A stretch of 62,209 bases of DNA, counting the filler, from Chiloscyllium plagiosum (Eukaryota): assembly GCF_004010195.1 (NCBI RefSeq). It is 3 parts of one record of this genome, joined end to end, with 100 filler letters (N's around TTAATTAATTAA, not from the genome) between each part and the next. Parts side by side here need not be neighbours in the genome. Positions count along the whole stretch, not along the records: positions 1 to 16,431 come from NC_057712.1; positions 16,532 to 45,724 come from NC_057712.1; 1 more part is not named here. One strand, 5' to 3'. The notes beneath the pieces were generated by a model. It did no database searches. It saw only the letters and a program-made list of their open reading frames with translations, and had not been told where the DNA came from. Below, piece after piece: positions 12,750 to 25,615 of this stretch (positions are counted from its first letter, which is position 1; the number at the start of each line of letters is the position of its first letter). Position numbers and translations under genes: made by a program.

Positions 12750-13930
12750 CCCTCAGGACACACAGAGGGTATAGGAGGCACTGTGACTAATAAGCTGATG
12801 CCATTTTCTTCAGATGAGTGAGGTGCAGTTATACCACAGACTGAGGATATCCTGAGACACCACTGCAGAACTACGGCAATTACGGGAGCAGGCCTTGTTA
12901 CCTGAAGTTGTGGGTGGCCATCTTATGTCAGTGAACATCAATGTGACAGCAGCAATAATTCTTTATCCAAAAGGCTGCTTCAAATGATCCACTGGGGATC
13001 TGTGTGGCATCTCTCATTCCTCAATCAGCAAATATAGCAAGGCAGCTACCAATGCAATTTGTACAGATCACAAAACTGCATCTCATTTCACGGTGACCAG
13101 GTCACAGCCTAGACAGTAGGCTTTGCCAGTATAACCAGCTGGCTTAGTGCAGGACATATTAGACTGTATATGTGACACACTGAGGGAGCTCTGCATCATA
13201 ATGTACCATAATGAACAGAAAAGTCTTCCATTCCATGAAATTACAGTTCATCTGTGATCATTGGAACCACATCTTCAAAATGGGCATTTATTCCCAGAAG
13301 CAAGTGCATTTTTTTATCTTCACTTTTGCTGTTGTTAATTAACGTTAAAGCTTTCAAATGTATGAAATGTTTCCGACATATGATGTTCTCACATTGAACA
13401 ATGAGAAAATGCTATACTGGGCAACACGGAAAATATCACTCTCTCAGACTGGCTTCAAAGGTGGAATGATACTAAGGTTAGATCGCCTGTGGAGCTTGAT
13501 TCTTGCAGCTGTAGATACAATGGTAGGACAGGTGATGATATAAAGTCACAATACAAGTAGGAACATAAGTTTTTATTTACAATGAAGTATTATCTGTGCC
13601 ACCTATATGATCTCAGAGCATTTTATTTTTTGTTTTCCTCCCACTGTTACGAAGGGCTACCTGTGACTGGCAATGGTTGACCTACTGCACAGCTGGGCTT
13701 TAAATATGGCACCAGCACCAGACATCTTGGAATACCCTGGCAGTGGTGAGTTGAGCATACGATAGTGTGAGCGTGAGCCTGTAGAGGTGTGGCGCACAAA
13801 TAATAAATGGAAACTTTGCAGGGTATCAATAACGTGAATTATCGTGAGATTTGGGGCAGAATTGGACAAAATGTCTGGCAAGGCCCATCTGGATGTTGGA
13901 AGCATCTCTCTGCATCTTTTTTGTTTTTCA
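12750..13930 (+). pseudogene. PIF/Harbinger DDE transposase (HARBI1-like) remnant
   Basis: Hand translation gives GGHLMSVNINVTAAIILYPKGCFK*STGDLCGISHSSISK (12901 frame), LVQDILDCICDTLR (about 13144) and MNRKVFHSMKLQFICDH (13211). These match the Harbinger blocks GSFQ..GDLCGISQS, IDCTH and NRKGFHSLNVQLVCDH. Confidence 0.8.
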
Positions 13931-15059
13931 CAAGTGGCAGAGCAAGATTCCTGTGAGGCAGAAAAGAGTGGCCATTTAAGGTGTATTATTGCTTGTTAAA
14001 CACTTTGTTAATAGCCCAACTCACCTCATTAATATTTAGCTTTTTATCTTATCAAGCTTACCAACAAACTAGATGTCAATAAAACTCAACTTGAAATTCA
14101 GATTGGGCACTTGTTGAATTCAGCTTGTTGATTGTTCCACACAAATCCATGTTGGACACCGGACACGGACACACTTTATGGGCATTGGCCACACCACTGC
14201 CCCCCCCTGCCCCAATTCCTTGGAAGTTGGAATCTGATATATGGCATCCTCCAAGATCCCCACAACACATGTCTGATCCACTTACACATCTGCAGTTCAA
14301 AGTTGCACCTCAGGCTGCACCAGCAATTATCATTGCAATGCTGAAGCAGAAGCATTGTTCACTCAGGCATTGCACATACCCACTCATGGATTGGACCAGG
14401 CTACATCTCTGCACTCTTCACTCACTCTGACCCTAGCTGAATGCTCACAGCATCCTACCATGCATTAGTTTTTTCCCCCTCGGCCAGAGATTCCAGGCTC
14501 ATATTATTTCTGTTTTGCCCTACTGTTTAGCGCAGACACAAAGGAAAGAAGCTGGGCATGATTGTCAGCAGACGTCTATCAGGTGAGGAGGACTAACATT
14601 TGGTTAGGGAACCCTGACACAGTAAGCCCCAGAGCAACCTCCAATATTAGTTAACAGGATTTGATATGATGAGTCAGCCATTCTGGGTAGGCAGAGTCAG
14701 GATGCTGCAGATATAAAAGGTAAGGAGCTGAATATTGGCCAGCCTCCCATCTGTCTTGACTCTTTCTGCACTATTGGGGTCTGTTTTCTTCCTGGAGTGA
14801 GAAAGAGAAAATTGCTTTGGGAGATGAAAGTGGATAGTTCAGCTGTTACTTTTGGTGCAGGTGGGAAGATATCCTGAGTGAGTGACTGGGTAGTACAGAG
14901 GGCATGCAGGGTTAATAGTCTTGGGAGTTGGAGTGGGCAACAATGAGTAAGGGAAGATATTATAGGCAATAGTAGGGGTGGTACAGCATGAATCTTGGCA
15001 GGAGTTTGGTGCAGTAGCAAGATAGAATAAATGTGAGACCTCAGAGAGAGAACAGCAGA

Positions 15060-15290
15060 ACTTAACCTGGGGAAGTAGAGAAGGACATTGTCCTTCTGCT
15101 GTGTGTTCTACCAGATGGCTGAGACTGCTATAACCAAGATGGCAACCTTGGACCAAGCTGACCAAATCTAGTGTTGTGGCCTCTACTATTGTTTCTGGGG
15201 GAAAGGGAGTCCTGTGTCTGAACAACTCTGTCCAGCAGGATCTGCAAGACCTTACCCAGAGAGCAGGCTGCTGAAGTCTCCCTGTCTGTC
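15060..15290 (-). pseudogene. Myb/SANT-like DNA-binding ORF remnant (Harbinger second gene)
   Basis: KVLQILLDRVVQTQDSLSP, then in a shifted frame AWSKVAILVIAVSAIW*NTQQKDNVLL; convergent with the transposase remnant. Confidence 0.6.
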
Positions 15291-16019
15291 CTGTCTGGAG
15301 CAACTGTGCAGTGCAGCTCCAACTGATAGGGCTTGTCTGGGTGCACAATGGACTGGTGTGGCTGTCAGGTTTTTTAGTGAATTTTGGGATATTCACCAGG
15401 TGGTACGTTGTTCTGGGAATGGTACACGATAAAGATGCCATGGGATGTTTAGGTAATTAGTGTGGTTAGTTTGGTAACATGCCAAGAAACCTCACTAGGT
15501 CTCACAGCCTAAAACCCTCCAAAAAACCCAATACAATTAGACAATTTAGCCAAAAATAAATTGATAGAGGTAAATTGTTAGATCTCACAGTGAAAAACCC
15601 TTTGTTAACACTCTGATGCCAAATACTCTGTATCTATGCTGTAAATCTATGAAATTTTATGTGAACTGAAACTAAAATAAAAACAAAATTTAGGACTGAA
15701 AACAGGTAACTGGATTCTATAGCAGGGGATCCATAAAGTGTCATGGGTTCTTACTATCTAATTAATGGATAATGAAAGGCCTCATCCATTGATATTGAGA
15801 TTTAACTACTTAGATGTTGCTATAGGAGGACTATAGTGTTTTTCTGATTCAATAAGGTGGGCCAAATAAACTTGTTCATCTATATTTATCTGACAACATT
15901 ATTATAAAGCATTCATGACAATGACTCAAGTTATTTCACACTCATAGTGGAATGACTTTTGTTGTTCAGAAGGAATGCCCGTTTATTCCAATTTCACATA
16001 AAGGTATTACATGAGTAAT

Positions 16020-16431
16020 ACCAGAGAGGCAGCCGGGAAGGAAAGCAGTGACCATATATATCAGCAAGGCGGCTTAACCCGAGACTCTACAACTGTAGTG
16101 TCTCCCACCCGCCCTCCTCTTCGAACCTAGTCAATAAGGTAAGGTTCATTCCAAACTTACTCTATTGAATATAAGTTTGTTATTAATTTTATAGCAACTT
16201 GAACTAAGCTTTCTACTTTAGTACTGAGTGGGTGTTCAGATAAATCGGGTATGGATGCTAGGGCAGTTTCTTGCTCCTCCTGCAGAATGTGGCAGGTGGA
16301 AGACATGGCACACGTCTCCGCTGGCGACATCTGCGGGAAGTGTACCCAACTCCAGCTCCTTGAAAACCGTGTTAGGGAATTGAAGCTGGAGCTGGATGAA
16401 CTACGGATCATTCGGGAGGCTGAGGGGGTAA
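16020..16431 (+). mobile_element. CR1 5' end (5' UTR and start of ORF1), cut by a gap
   Basis: ORF from 16251: MDARAVSCSSCRMW...CGKCTQLQLLENRVRELKLELDEL. Confidence 0.85.
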
Positions 16432-16531
16432 NNNNNNNNNNNNNNNNNNNNNNNNNNNNNNNNNNNNNNNNNNNNTTAATTAATTAANNNNNNNNNNNNN
16501 NNNNNNNNNNNNNNNNNNNNNNNNNNNNNNN
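16432..16531. other. Assembly gap with artificial linker (N44-TTAATTAATTAA-N44)
   Basis: Exactly 100 nt with a stop-in-all-frames 12-mer at the centre; an identical construct is at 45725-45824. Confidence 0.95.
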
Positions 16532-17037
16532 AAAGTTCTTGCCTAATACCGTCAAAATTGGCCTTTCTCCAATTTAGAACTTCAACTTTTAGATCTTGTC
16601 TATCCTTTTCCATCACTATTTTAAAACGAATAGAATTATGGTCGCTGGCCCCAAAGTGCTCCCCCACTGACATCTCAGTCACCTGCCTTGCCTTATTTCC
16701 CAAGAGTAGGTCAAGTTTTGCACTTTCTCTAGTAAGTATATCCACATACTGAATCAGAAAATTTTCTTGTACACACTTAACAAATTCCTCTCCATCTAAA
16801 CCTTTAACACTATGGCAGTCCCAGTCAATGTTTGGAAAATTAAAATCCCCTACCACAACTACCCTATTATTCTTACAGATAGCTGAGATCTCCTTACAAG
16901 TTTGTTTCTCAATTTGCCTCTGACTATTGGGGGGTCTATAATACAATCCCAATAAAGTGATCATCCCTTTCTTATTTCTCAGTTCCATCCAAATAACTTC
17001 CCTGGATGTATTTCCGGGAATATCCTCCCTCAGCACA
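16532..17037 (-). mobile_element. CR1 ORF2 endonuclease fragment
   Basis: LYYRPP, VGDFNFP, LDLLL and SDHN motifs. Confidence 0.9.
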
Positions 17038-17399
17038 TCATTCCACACCCATGGAGGAGAGGTGCAGTATTTTGTTTGGAAGATGAAGAACAAAGATTAC
17101 AAAATGATACAGCTTTCAATTGACCACAGTCTTCACTGAGATAGGATCAATGATGGTCCCATTGGTAACGATTGGAGCTTGCATGTAAATTTCAGAAAGC
17201 AACCAAATTTGAGAATAAAGCTTCAATGCTGTCATGGTTAATGGAGTCAAAGGCTTTTGTGAGTATGAAAATGGTCACGTGCAGTGTATGGTGCTGTTCT
17301 TGCATGAAGGTCAAATGAAAGACATGCCTTTGGTTCTCTGCATGTTAATATTCCAATATTCAAGTCTTTACTGGTTTTAGTCTTGATCTCTGGGGAACA

Positions 17400-18150
17400 C
17401 CACACTCTTTTGTCCTCCAGTTTAAAAGACAGTAGCATCCTGTTTTCCATTTTTTTATCCAAGCTGACAATGACTCTCCTATCCCATAAACCTCAGTTTT
17501 GTTAATCTGACTTTTAAGTGGCATATTGTCAAACACTCTTTTAAAATCCATATTAATGACATACCCAGAATTCCCTTTATCAACTTTCCCATTTATGTCA
17601 TCAAGGGCTTAAATTAGTCAACTCAATTTTTCTTTTTTACAAATTTGTGTTGGTTTTCCTTATCTCACTCTCCAAGTATCTCTTTTTAACAATCTGATTA
17701 TCGCTTCTGGAATATCCCCCTACCCCCACCTCCCGGGGGCTATATCCAAAAAATCGACTTCTCCACCTCCTGAAGCTGCCTGATTTGCTGTGTTCTTCCA
17801 GCCTCCGGGTTGTCTACCTTGGATTCCAACATTTGCAGTTTTTGTTTGTTTTTGGAATATTTCCAGCCACAGATATTAAACAAACTAACCTGTAATCACT
17901 AAATAGCACCCACTTTCTTGAACAAGGGAGTCAAGTTTCCAGTTTCCAATGCACTGGCATCGTCCCCATGTCTATGGATAATTGGGAGATTAAAGTGTAC
18001 TACCTCCACCCTAATACGCAGACCAGGCAACTTATTCAGTCTAAGCATCATCAGCTTTTCTAATACATCCCAGCTATCAATCTATTTTCACCCCATCCAG
18101 AGCCCCACACTCTCTGTTTCTATCACTGTTTCTCTTCTTTAGTGAACATT
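17400..18150 (-). mobile_element. Old CR1 RT fragment with a PLE tail inserted at about 17715-17850
   Basis: MDFKRVFDNMP..WIKKW peptide; the PLE tail GCTGCCTGATTTGCTGTG is on the plus strand. Confidence 0.6.
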
Positions 18151-18852
18151 GATACAAATTATTTATTCTAGCTTTGTTATGCATCTCTAATCTTTTGCCA
18201 CATTTTGCTCGAATAAATGAAAATCTGTTGATTTTAACAATTTCTGATAATAATTGCTGTTCTCAACTTTCTCACACATCAGCTGCTGGTAATTATTTTG
18301 TTGTTGTCATTTACATTCTTCAAGATTGATCTTTTGCGTATTCACTTGTCTCATATTGCCAGATCCTTTTATCTTGCACTATCACCTCTTTATCAGTTAA
18401 TAACCCTGGCCTTATCACACTTTTTTTTGCTTCCCTCCTCCCCCCCTCCCCCCTCACCGAATCCCTGATCCTGTCTCTGCTTTTGCATAAATAATGGTAC
18501 ACTTAAATCTTTTCCACTTCTATTGAAAGGTCACTAAGCTGAAACAGTATTCATGTTTCCCTCCGCACAGTAGCGGTCTGATCTGTTGAGTATTTCTAGC
18601 GTTTTCTGTTTTTTTTTCAGGTCTTCAACATTAATAGCATTTGACTCTTAAGATGTTACTTTCTTGTTGAACAAGAAGTACTAATCAAGAAAACTGTCTG
18701 GAATGTAATAGAAACAAATTCCCATTTGGATCATTTTTTTCTATTTTATGAACATGAAAATCAGTAGAATTCACCAAAAATCACCAAAAAAACATAATTA
18801 GGAGATAATATTTCATTCTTTACAGCCTGTACTTCTGCCGGCTATAGGACTA

Positions 18853-19075
18853 ATGCAGTCTGTTCTGAATAACGCGATAGTTCAATTCTCATGCGATCCT
18901 GTGTTATAAGAAAATTGCAGAAAAACAGCATCATTTAAACTAATGGGCTGGGAATCATGTTATAGCCAATGCAAGTAAGGAAAGTTCACGTTTTACAAAT
19001 AATGGTCTAAATTCTTCAATCACATGATAGCCAGTTTGCATTGAAGAAACGTAAATTGCAGCAGAACCCATTGTA
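18853..19075. mobile_element. Short non-autonomous Tc1/mariner-pogo-like element (MITE)
   Basis: Degenerate TIRs: CAGTCTGTTCTG.. on the left and ..CAGAACCCATTG-TA on the right. Confidence 0.4.
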
Positions 19076-19189
19076 GGTGGATGGAGAAGTGGTGAGTGCA
19101 ATATAAAGGACACTTGACAGCCATGATCATGGCAATATCCTTCACAAAAGCCAAGGCGAGAATGCAGCAGAACACCACTTTGGCCTTCA

Positions 19190-19400
19190 CCCATGAAAGG
19201 GCAGCCTCATGATTTTCTAAAGTAGTGGTGCTGTTGCAGATCAAAGCCACATCCTATTTCTTGAGAGTACTAAGGACTGTAACCCGTCAGACAATGAAAG
19301 CATAAAGGAAGGTAGTTCAGAAGTTGCCTTAGAGTGGTCAGCAATATATGTATGCAGTTCAGGAAGCATTTCATTGACTTTCTGAGGTTTGATAAGGTAC
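19190..19400 (+). pseudogene. Highly decayed Myb/SANT-like ORF remnant
   Basis: EVAL..VS..QFRKHFIDFLR resembles the W.EVA..VS..QCRKRFNDL helix of Harbinger Myb/SANT proteins. Confidence 0.4.
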
Positions 19401-20833
19401 TTGCAATGTTGCATCCAAAAACAGATTTCAATCACACTTATGAGCAGAGCCATATGATGCTAAGGAACAGTGAGGAAATGTTTATCAGGTCCTATTCTGA
19501 GCCACAGCCAGTCCTTAAAATACAAACTGCGCTGAATGAAGTGATTCTATGGCCATGGACATCATGTGTGAATGAACCTCTGTGAAGGGTGAAGGTGAAA
19601 TCCACAGACATAACACTCTCAGTCTTGACTTTGTTGGATTAAAAAAAATGACACACGCACAAGTCAGTGCATTAGTAGATTGCCACATTCTGAGTTTCTA
19701 TAGTGAAGGGAGAGATGGTGACAGATCAGCAGAAAGACAGCAAGGGCAAGATAGATGTCCATCCATGCAAGGGTGAAAGTATATTGGAGTTTTCATGTGA
19801 AAGGGATAGAACCCCATTCATGTCTGTTTACTCAATTCAAATTCATAAATTGTTGTATGAATATGAGTAAATTAAGAATAAAGCAGAAGTAGGCCATTCA
19901 AACCCTCAAGCCTACCCCCCCATTTCATATGGTCATGGCTCTAGGCCTCAACTCCTCTTTTGTACCAGCTCCTCAAAGCCCTCAAATCTTTGATATTTCA
20001 AAAATCTACCTGCTTTATTCATAAATACCACAGTGATCTAACTTCTACACATCTCCAACGTGGAGAATTACAGAGGGTATGCAGTCGGATAAAGAGCCAT
20101 TTAACTTTGACCTTTCTTAATCAGTAATACTTACTCTGGTTCTACAACCTGCAGTACTTTTATGTGTAAACTTTCAGCTCCTTCATGTCACACTTTGATT
20201 ATTATTCATCTTTTGGCAACCCTGCACCTCTGAAATCTCATTTTTAAAAAAACCTTCTTCAATTGATGGACTCATGGTTTGCTGCAGAGAAGAGATTCTT
20301 AAATAACCGTTTTACACCTTCCACAGGCAGAGTTATGGAGGAGCAGCCATATCATATCAGTATGCTATCACTTTCCAAGGAGGAAATTGTACCTGAAATT
20401 GTACACTATCGCAACAGTCCAATCCTCAAGTACTTCATAAACATTTACCTGAGTCAGACCCTCAGTTTAGAATAAAAGGTACACACTAACCAGCACTTCA
20501 CATGTGAGCAAGTAGAGGTGGTAGTGAAAGCTGAGTGAATCTCTCCTCAGATGATCGAGGACAGACTTTGTTTAATCACCCAGTGGCGAAACACAGTTTT
20601 GGGAGTCACATACAAAATGCTTTATTTTCTGAAGAGCAACAGTAGTTCTATGCTAAATGTCGAAATTTCCCAAGGCAGGCCAGAGGCATGGGCAGAAAAT
20701 GAAGGCAAGAAATTTAATTCAAGAGATGTGTTCTGTTGTCTCTCAAGCACAGCTCCTCTACTGAATAAGTGGCTACTTCCAATAACAAATAAAGATAACG
20801 GAGTGAAAGGTGGTATCTGTTGACGGAAGAGAA

Positions 20834-21045
20834 AGATGCACCATAAATTTCACTAAAAGTGAGTTGGATGATCTTCAAATTAAAAGAAAGTGGAGGGCTG
20901 TAATTTTTGGAATTGATGCCATTGAACACATTCAGTACTGAATTGCCAAGTGGACAGAAGTAGCACTGAAAATAAATGGCATCTCTCTAACTCCCCCTCC
21001 ATGGGGAAATCTGGATGAAATTCAATAATCTGGCAAAGGCAAAAG
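20834..21045 (+). pseudogene. Myb/SANT-like ORF remnant
   Basis: Hand translation NFTKSELDDLQIKRKWRAVIFG..*..KWTEVALKINGISLTP, then a shift to IWMKFNNLAK. Confidence 0.6.
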
Positions 21046-24000
21046 AAGTAATTACATTGTAAGTCACGTGCCATGACTAAGTTAAAAAAGAGATCATGGC
21101 AGCTGCCAGAATACTTGACGCTGATATAATGGGATCTGAGCCTGCAGATGCACATCAATGTAACATTCATTGAATAAAGATAACAATTAAGATAAAGAAG
21201 AAAAATATGATTATGCCAGATGTTACAAAGAATGTACAATTGAGAACTAGACTAACCATATAAAGTTCAGAGGAAAGGTGAAAAAGCTATTGAGAGAAAT
21301 AAAGAGGCAATATAAAATGTGATTGGCAGCTAATGTAAAAAGTAATCTCAAAGGTTTCTATGTGCATATAAACAGCAAAAAATGTGGTTAAAAAGAGGAG
21401 TCAGCCTGTGTAGGGATCAAATGGGATTTAAACACTGAGACATTAAATTAAGCAGATATACTAAATGAATCCATTGCATCAAAATTACTCAAGAAGACTG
21501 CTATCCAGGTTATGTTCAAAGAAGAGGTAATTCCTAGATGAGAAAGGTTTAAAATTGATAAAAGAAGATCCATTAGATAGCTGTCTGTTCTTGAAGTTGA
21601 CAATGCACCAAAATGGGATGAGATAAATCCAAGGATACTGAAGGAAGTGAGATTTGTAATTGTAGAGGTATTGGCAACAATTTTTCAGTTTCCCTTAGAC
21701 TCAGGATAGCACCAGTAGATTGTAAAGCCAAAACCAGCCAGCCAGCCAGTGGTGATTTAGGAACTTTGCAAAACAGTAGATTGGGACAGTAGTTCGCAGA
21801 TCACACAAATTGGTTGAGTGGTAAATAATGAGACTAATTGCCTTCTACAAGAAGATATAGCCAGTCTGGTCAGATGGATTGAACAGTGTTAAATGGAATT
21901 CAATCTGAATAAATGTGAAGTGATGCACTTGGGCAGCAAAAACAAGGCAAGGGAATACAATAGGACCCCAGGAAGTGCTGAGGACCAGAGATACCTTGGT
22001 GTGCATGTCTACAAATCACGTAAGGTTTCAGGTCAGGTGCTTAAAGTGGTTAAGAAGGTATATGGTAAACTTGCCTTTATTGTTTGAGGCATAGATTTTA
22101 AGAACAAGGATTTTATGCTGGAACTGTACAAAACGTTGCTTAGGCCACAGCTAGAGAATTGTGTGCAGTTCTTAAATCTATATTACAGGAGAAATATGAT
22201 TGCACAGGATTTAATTTCATTAATTTGATCTATTATTGTTGTCACATGCACAGAGATGCAGTGAAAAGTATTGTTTTGTGTGCTAAACAGACAGATCATA
22301 CCTTACGTAAGTACATCAGGGTAACAGACAGAATGCAAATTATAGTGTTATACTACAGAGAATATGCAGAGAAAGCTCAACTCTAAAATATGAGAAGTTC
22401 ATTCAAAGGTCCAGCAAGAACAGGGAAGAAGCTGTTTTTAAATCTATTGCTGTGTGTTTTCAAACATTTGTACCTTGTGCGCAATGGAAGAGGGTGGAAG
22501 AAAGTATAACTGGGATAGGAAAGGTCTTTGATTATGTTGGCTGCATTCCTGAAGCAGCAGGAAATATAGGTAGGGTCAATGGAAGGAAGACTGGTTTTCA
22601 TGACAGACTGGGCTGCATTCACAACTCTCTGTGATTTCTTCTGGTTTTGGGCAGAGCAGTTGCCATACCAAGCTGAGATGCATCTGGATAGGATGCTTTC
22701 TATGGTATACCTGTAAAAAATGGTAAGAGTCATTGTGGACATGCCAAATTTCATTAGCCTTCTGAGGAGGTAGAGACGTTGGAGTGCTTTCTTGATTGAA
22801 GTGTCGACATGGATGGACCAGGATAGATTGTTGGTTTTATTTACTCCTCGAAACTTGAAGCTGTTGACTCCACCTCAACCTTAGCACCATTGATACAGAC
22901 AGTACACTCCATTTCACTTCCTGAAATTGATGACCAGTTCCTTTGTTTAGCTGACATTGTGAGAGAAAATGTTGTGTTTACGCCATGCCACTGAGCTTTC
23001 TATCTCTTTCCTGTACTCTGTTTCATCATTGTTTGAGATCCAACTCACCACGGTAGTGTCATCAGCAAATTTATAAATGGAGTTGGAGCTCAATTTGGCC
23101 ACACAGTCATGAGTAAATAAGGAGTATAGTAGGGTGCTGAGTACGTAGCCTTGCAGGGCGCTGGTGTTGAGGATTATTGTGGAGGAGGTGTTGTTGCCTC
23201 TGCTCACTGATTGCGATCTGCAGGTCAGGAAGTCAAGGATCCAGTCGCAGAGGGGGAACAGCGACCTGGGTCTCGGAGTTTGGAGGTGAGTTTTGTTGGA
23301 ATTAAGGTATTTGAAGTGGAGCTAAAGTCAATAACTGGAAGTCTGACATTGGTGTCCTTCTCCTCCAGATGTTCCAGATATGAATGTAGGGCCAGGGAGA
23401 TGGCATCTGCTATGGTCCTATTGTGATGGTTGGTGAATTGTAGTGGGTCAAGGCAATCTGGGAGGCTGGAGTAAACATGTGCCATTACTAATCTCTCGAA
23501 GCACTTCACGATGATGGGTGTCAGAGTCACTGGGCGGTAATTGTTAAGGCATGTTGCCTGATCTTTCTTTGGCACCGGCATGGTAGTTGCCTTCTTGAAG
23601 GAGATGGCAACCTCACATTGTAGTAAGGAGAGCTTAAAGATGTCTGCAAATACTCCTGACAGCTGGCCCATGCAGGATCTGAGTGCATGGCTGGGGACTT
23701 GATCCAGGCCAGTCGTTTTCTGTGATGGTGACTGTGGCTACAGGTGTACCTAAGGCTATCAAGGCAGGTGACATCATTTCACTGATCTTCTGATCAAAAT
23801 GAACATAGGATCCATTGAGCTCATTTGGGAAGGATACATTGTTGTCACCGATTCTACTCAACTTAGCTTTGTAGCCCATTATATCATGTAAGCCTTGCCA
23901 AAGTCAACATGTGTTTGTGTGGTTAGTCTGGGAATCCAGTTTAGTCTCTTGGTATCCCTGATGGCCTTGCGAAGATTGTACCTAGATTTCCTGTATAGGT

Positions 24001-24061
24001 CAGGGTCACCCGATGTGAACAGCTCAGACCTGGACTTCATACGGGAGTGGATCTTCTGGTT

Positions 24062-24722
24062 ATGGAGTCACAGAGTCTTAGAGCTGCATGGCATGGAAAC
24101 AGACCCTTTAGTCCAACTTGTCCATGCCGACCAGATGCCCCAACCTAGCTTTGTCCCATTTATCAGCATTTGGCCCATATTCCTCTAAACCCTTCCTATT
24201 TATCTACCATTCCAGATGCCTTTTAAATATTGTAATTATACCAGCCTCCACCACTTCCTCTTGCAGCTCATTCCATACACACACCACCCTCAGTGTGAAA
24301 ATGCTGTCTTTTCAGTCCCTTTTAAATCTTTCCCCTCTCACCTTAAACCTACGACCTCTAGTTTTGGACTCCCCTACCTTGGGAAAAAAAGTTCTTGGTT
24401 GTTCACCCTATCCATGCCCGTCATGATTTTATAAACTTCCATAAAGTCACTCTGCAGCCTCTGATGCTCCAGGGAAAATAGCCCCCACCTATTCAGCCTC
24501 TCCCTATAGCTCAAACCCTCCAACTTTGGCAACATCCTTGTAAATCTTTTCTGAACCTTTTCAAGTTTCACAACATCTTTCCTGTAGCAGCGAGACCAGT
24601 ATTGAACGCAGTATTCCAAAAGAGGCCTAACCAATGTCCTGTACAGCTGCAACATGTCATCCCAATTCCTATACTCAATGCACTGACCAATAAAGGCAAG
24701 TATACCAAACATCTTCTTCCCT
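24062..24722 (-). mobile_element. CR1 3' end
   Basis: LYRTLVRPLLEYCVQYWS...LSYRERL peptide plus 3' UTR. Confidence 0.9.
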
Positions 24723-24739
24723 GTCCTGTTCTTCAATGG

Positions 24740-25615
24740 TTTCCAATAGGGGGACACCCAGATTAATTTCTTTGGCATGCAGACCAGGATGCTCCGCCTC
24801 CACCATATATGTTCCCATAATGTATGCCCCCACCACATCTGTTCCCAGGATGACCAATTCCACCTCAGAAAATCCTAGATGACCACCTTTTTCCAAAATT
24901 GCAATTTTCCTTCCCACATGGTCAACGATGCCTTCCAGTGCACAGGAAATGCAAACCTGTGCCCATACCACTCCCCCCACTTACGTCCAAGGCCCCAAAT
25001 GATCCTTCCACATCTGACAGAAATTTACCTGTGCCTCCACCAATGTCAGTTACTATATCCATTGCACCTGATGTGGTCTCCTCGCCGTCGGGGAGACAGG
25101 GCATCAACTTGTGGATCATTTCAGAAAACATCTCTGGGACACCCGGACCAACCAACCCCACCGCCCCATGACTGAACACTTCAACTCCCCCTCCCACTCC
25201 CTCAAGGACATGCAGGTCCTGGGCCTCCTCCATTGCCAAACTCTAACCACCTGACGCCTGGAGGAAGAAAACCTTATATTCTGCCTTGGGACCCTGCAAC
25301 AGGATTAATGTGGATTTCACCAGTTTCCTCATTTGCCCTCCCCCCACATTATCCCAGTCCCAAGCCTCCAACTCGATACTGCCCTCTTGACCTGTCCATC
25401 ACCTTTCCCATCTAACCACTACATCCTCCTCTTCGACCTATCACCTTCTCCTTCACCTTCATCGACCTATTGCATGTCCAGCTACCTGCTCCCCAACCCT
25501 AGCCCCCTCCCATTTATCTCTCAACACCTCGGCCCATAAGCCTCATTCCTGATGAAATTCTCCTGCTCCTCAGATGTTACCTGACCTGCTGTGCTTTTCC
25601 AGCTCCACACTCTGA
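24740..25615 (+). mobile_element. Penelope-like element 3' part (decayed GIY-YIG endonuclease plus tail)
   Basis: Remnants of C..CGLL..GETG..L..HFRKHL and EHFNSPSHS..DMQVLGL; C-rich tail shared with the other PLE copies. Confidence 0.75.

Noticed and set aside
16432..16531. Palindromic TTAATTAATTAA motif occurring twice (also 45769-45780)
   Set aside because: It is centred in exact N44 flanks and has stops in all frames, so it is a scaffolding linker. Orientation across these gaps is also unreliable.
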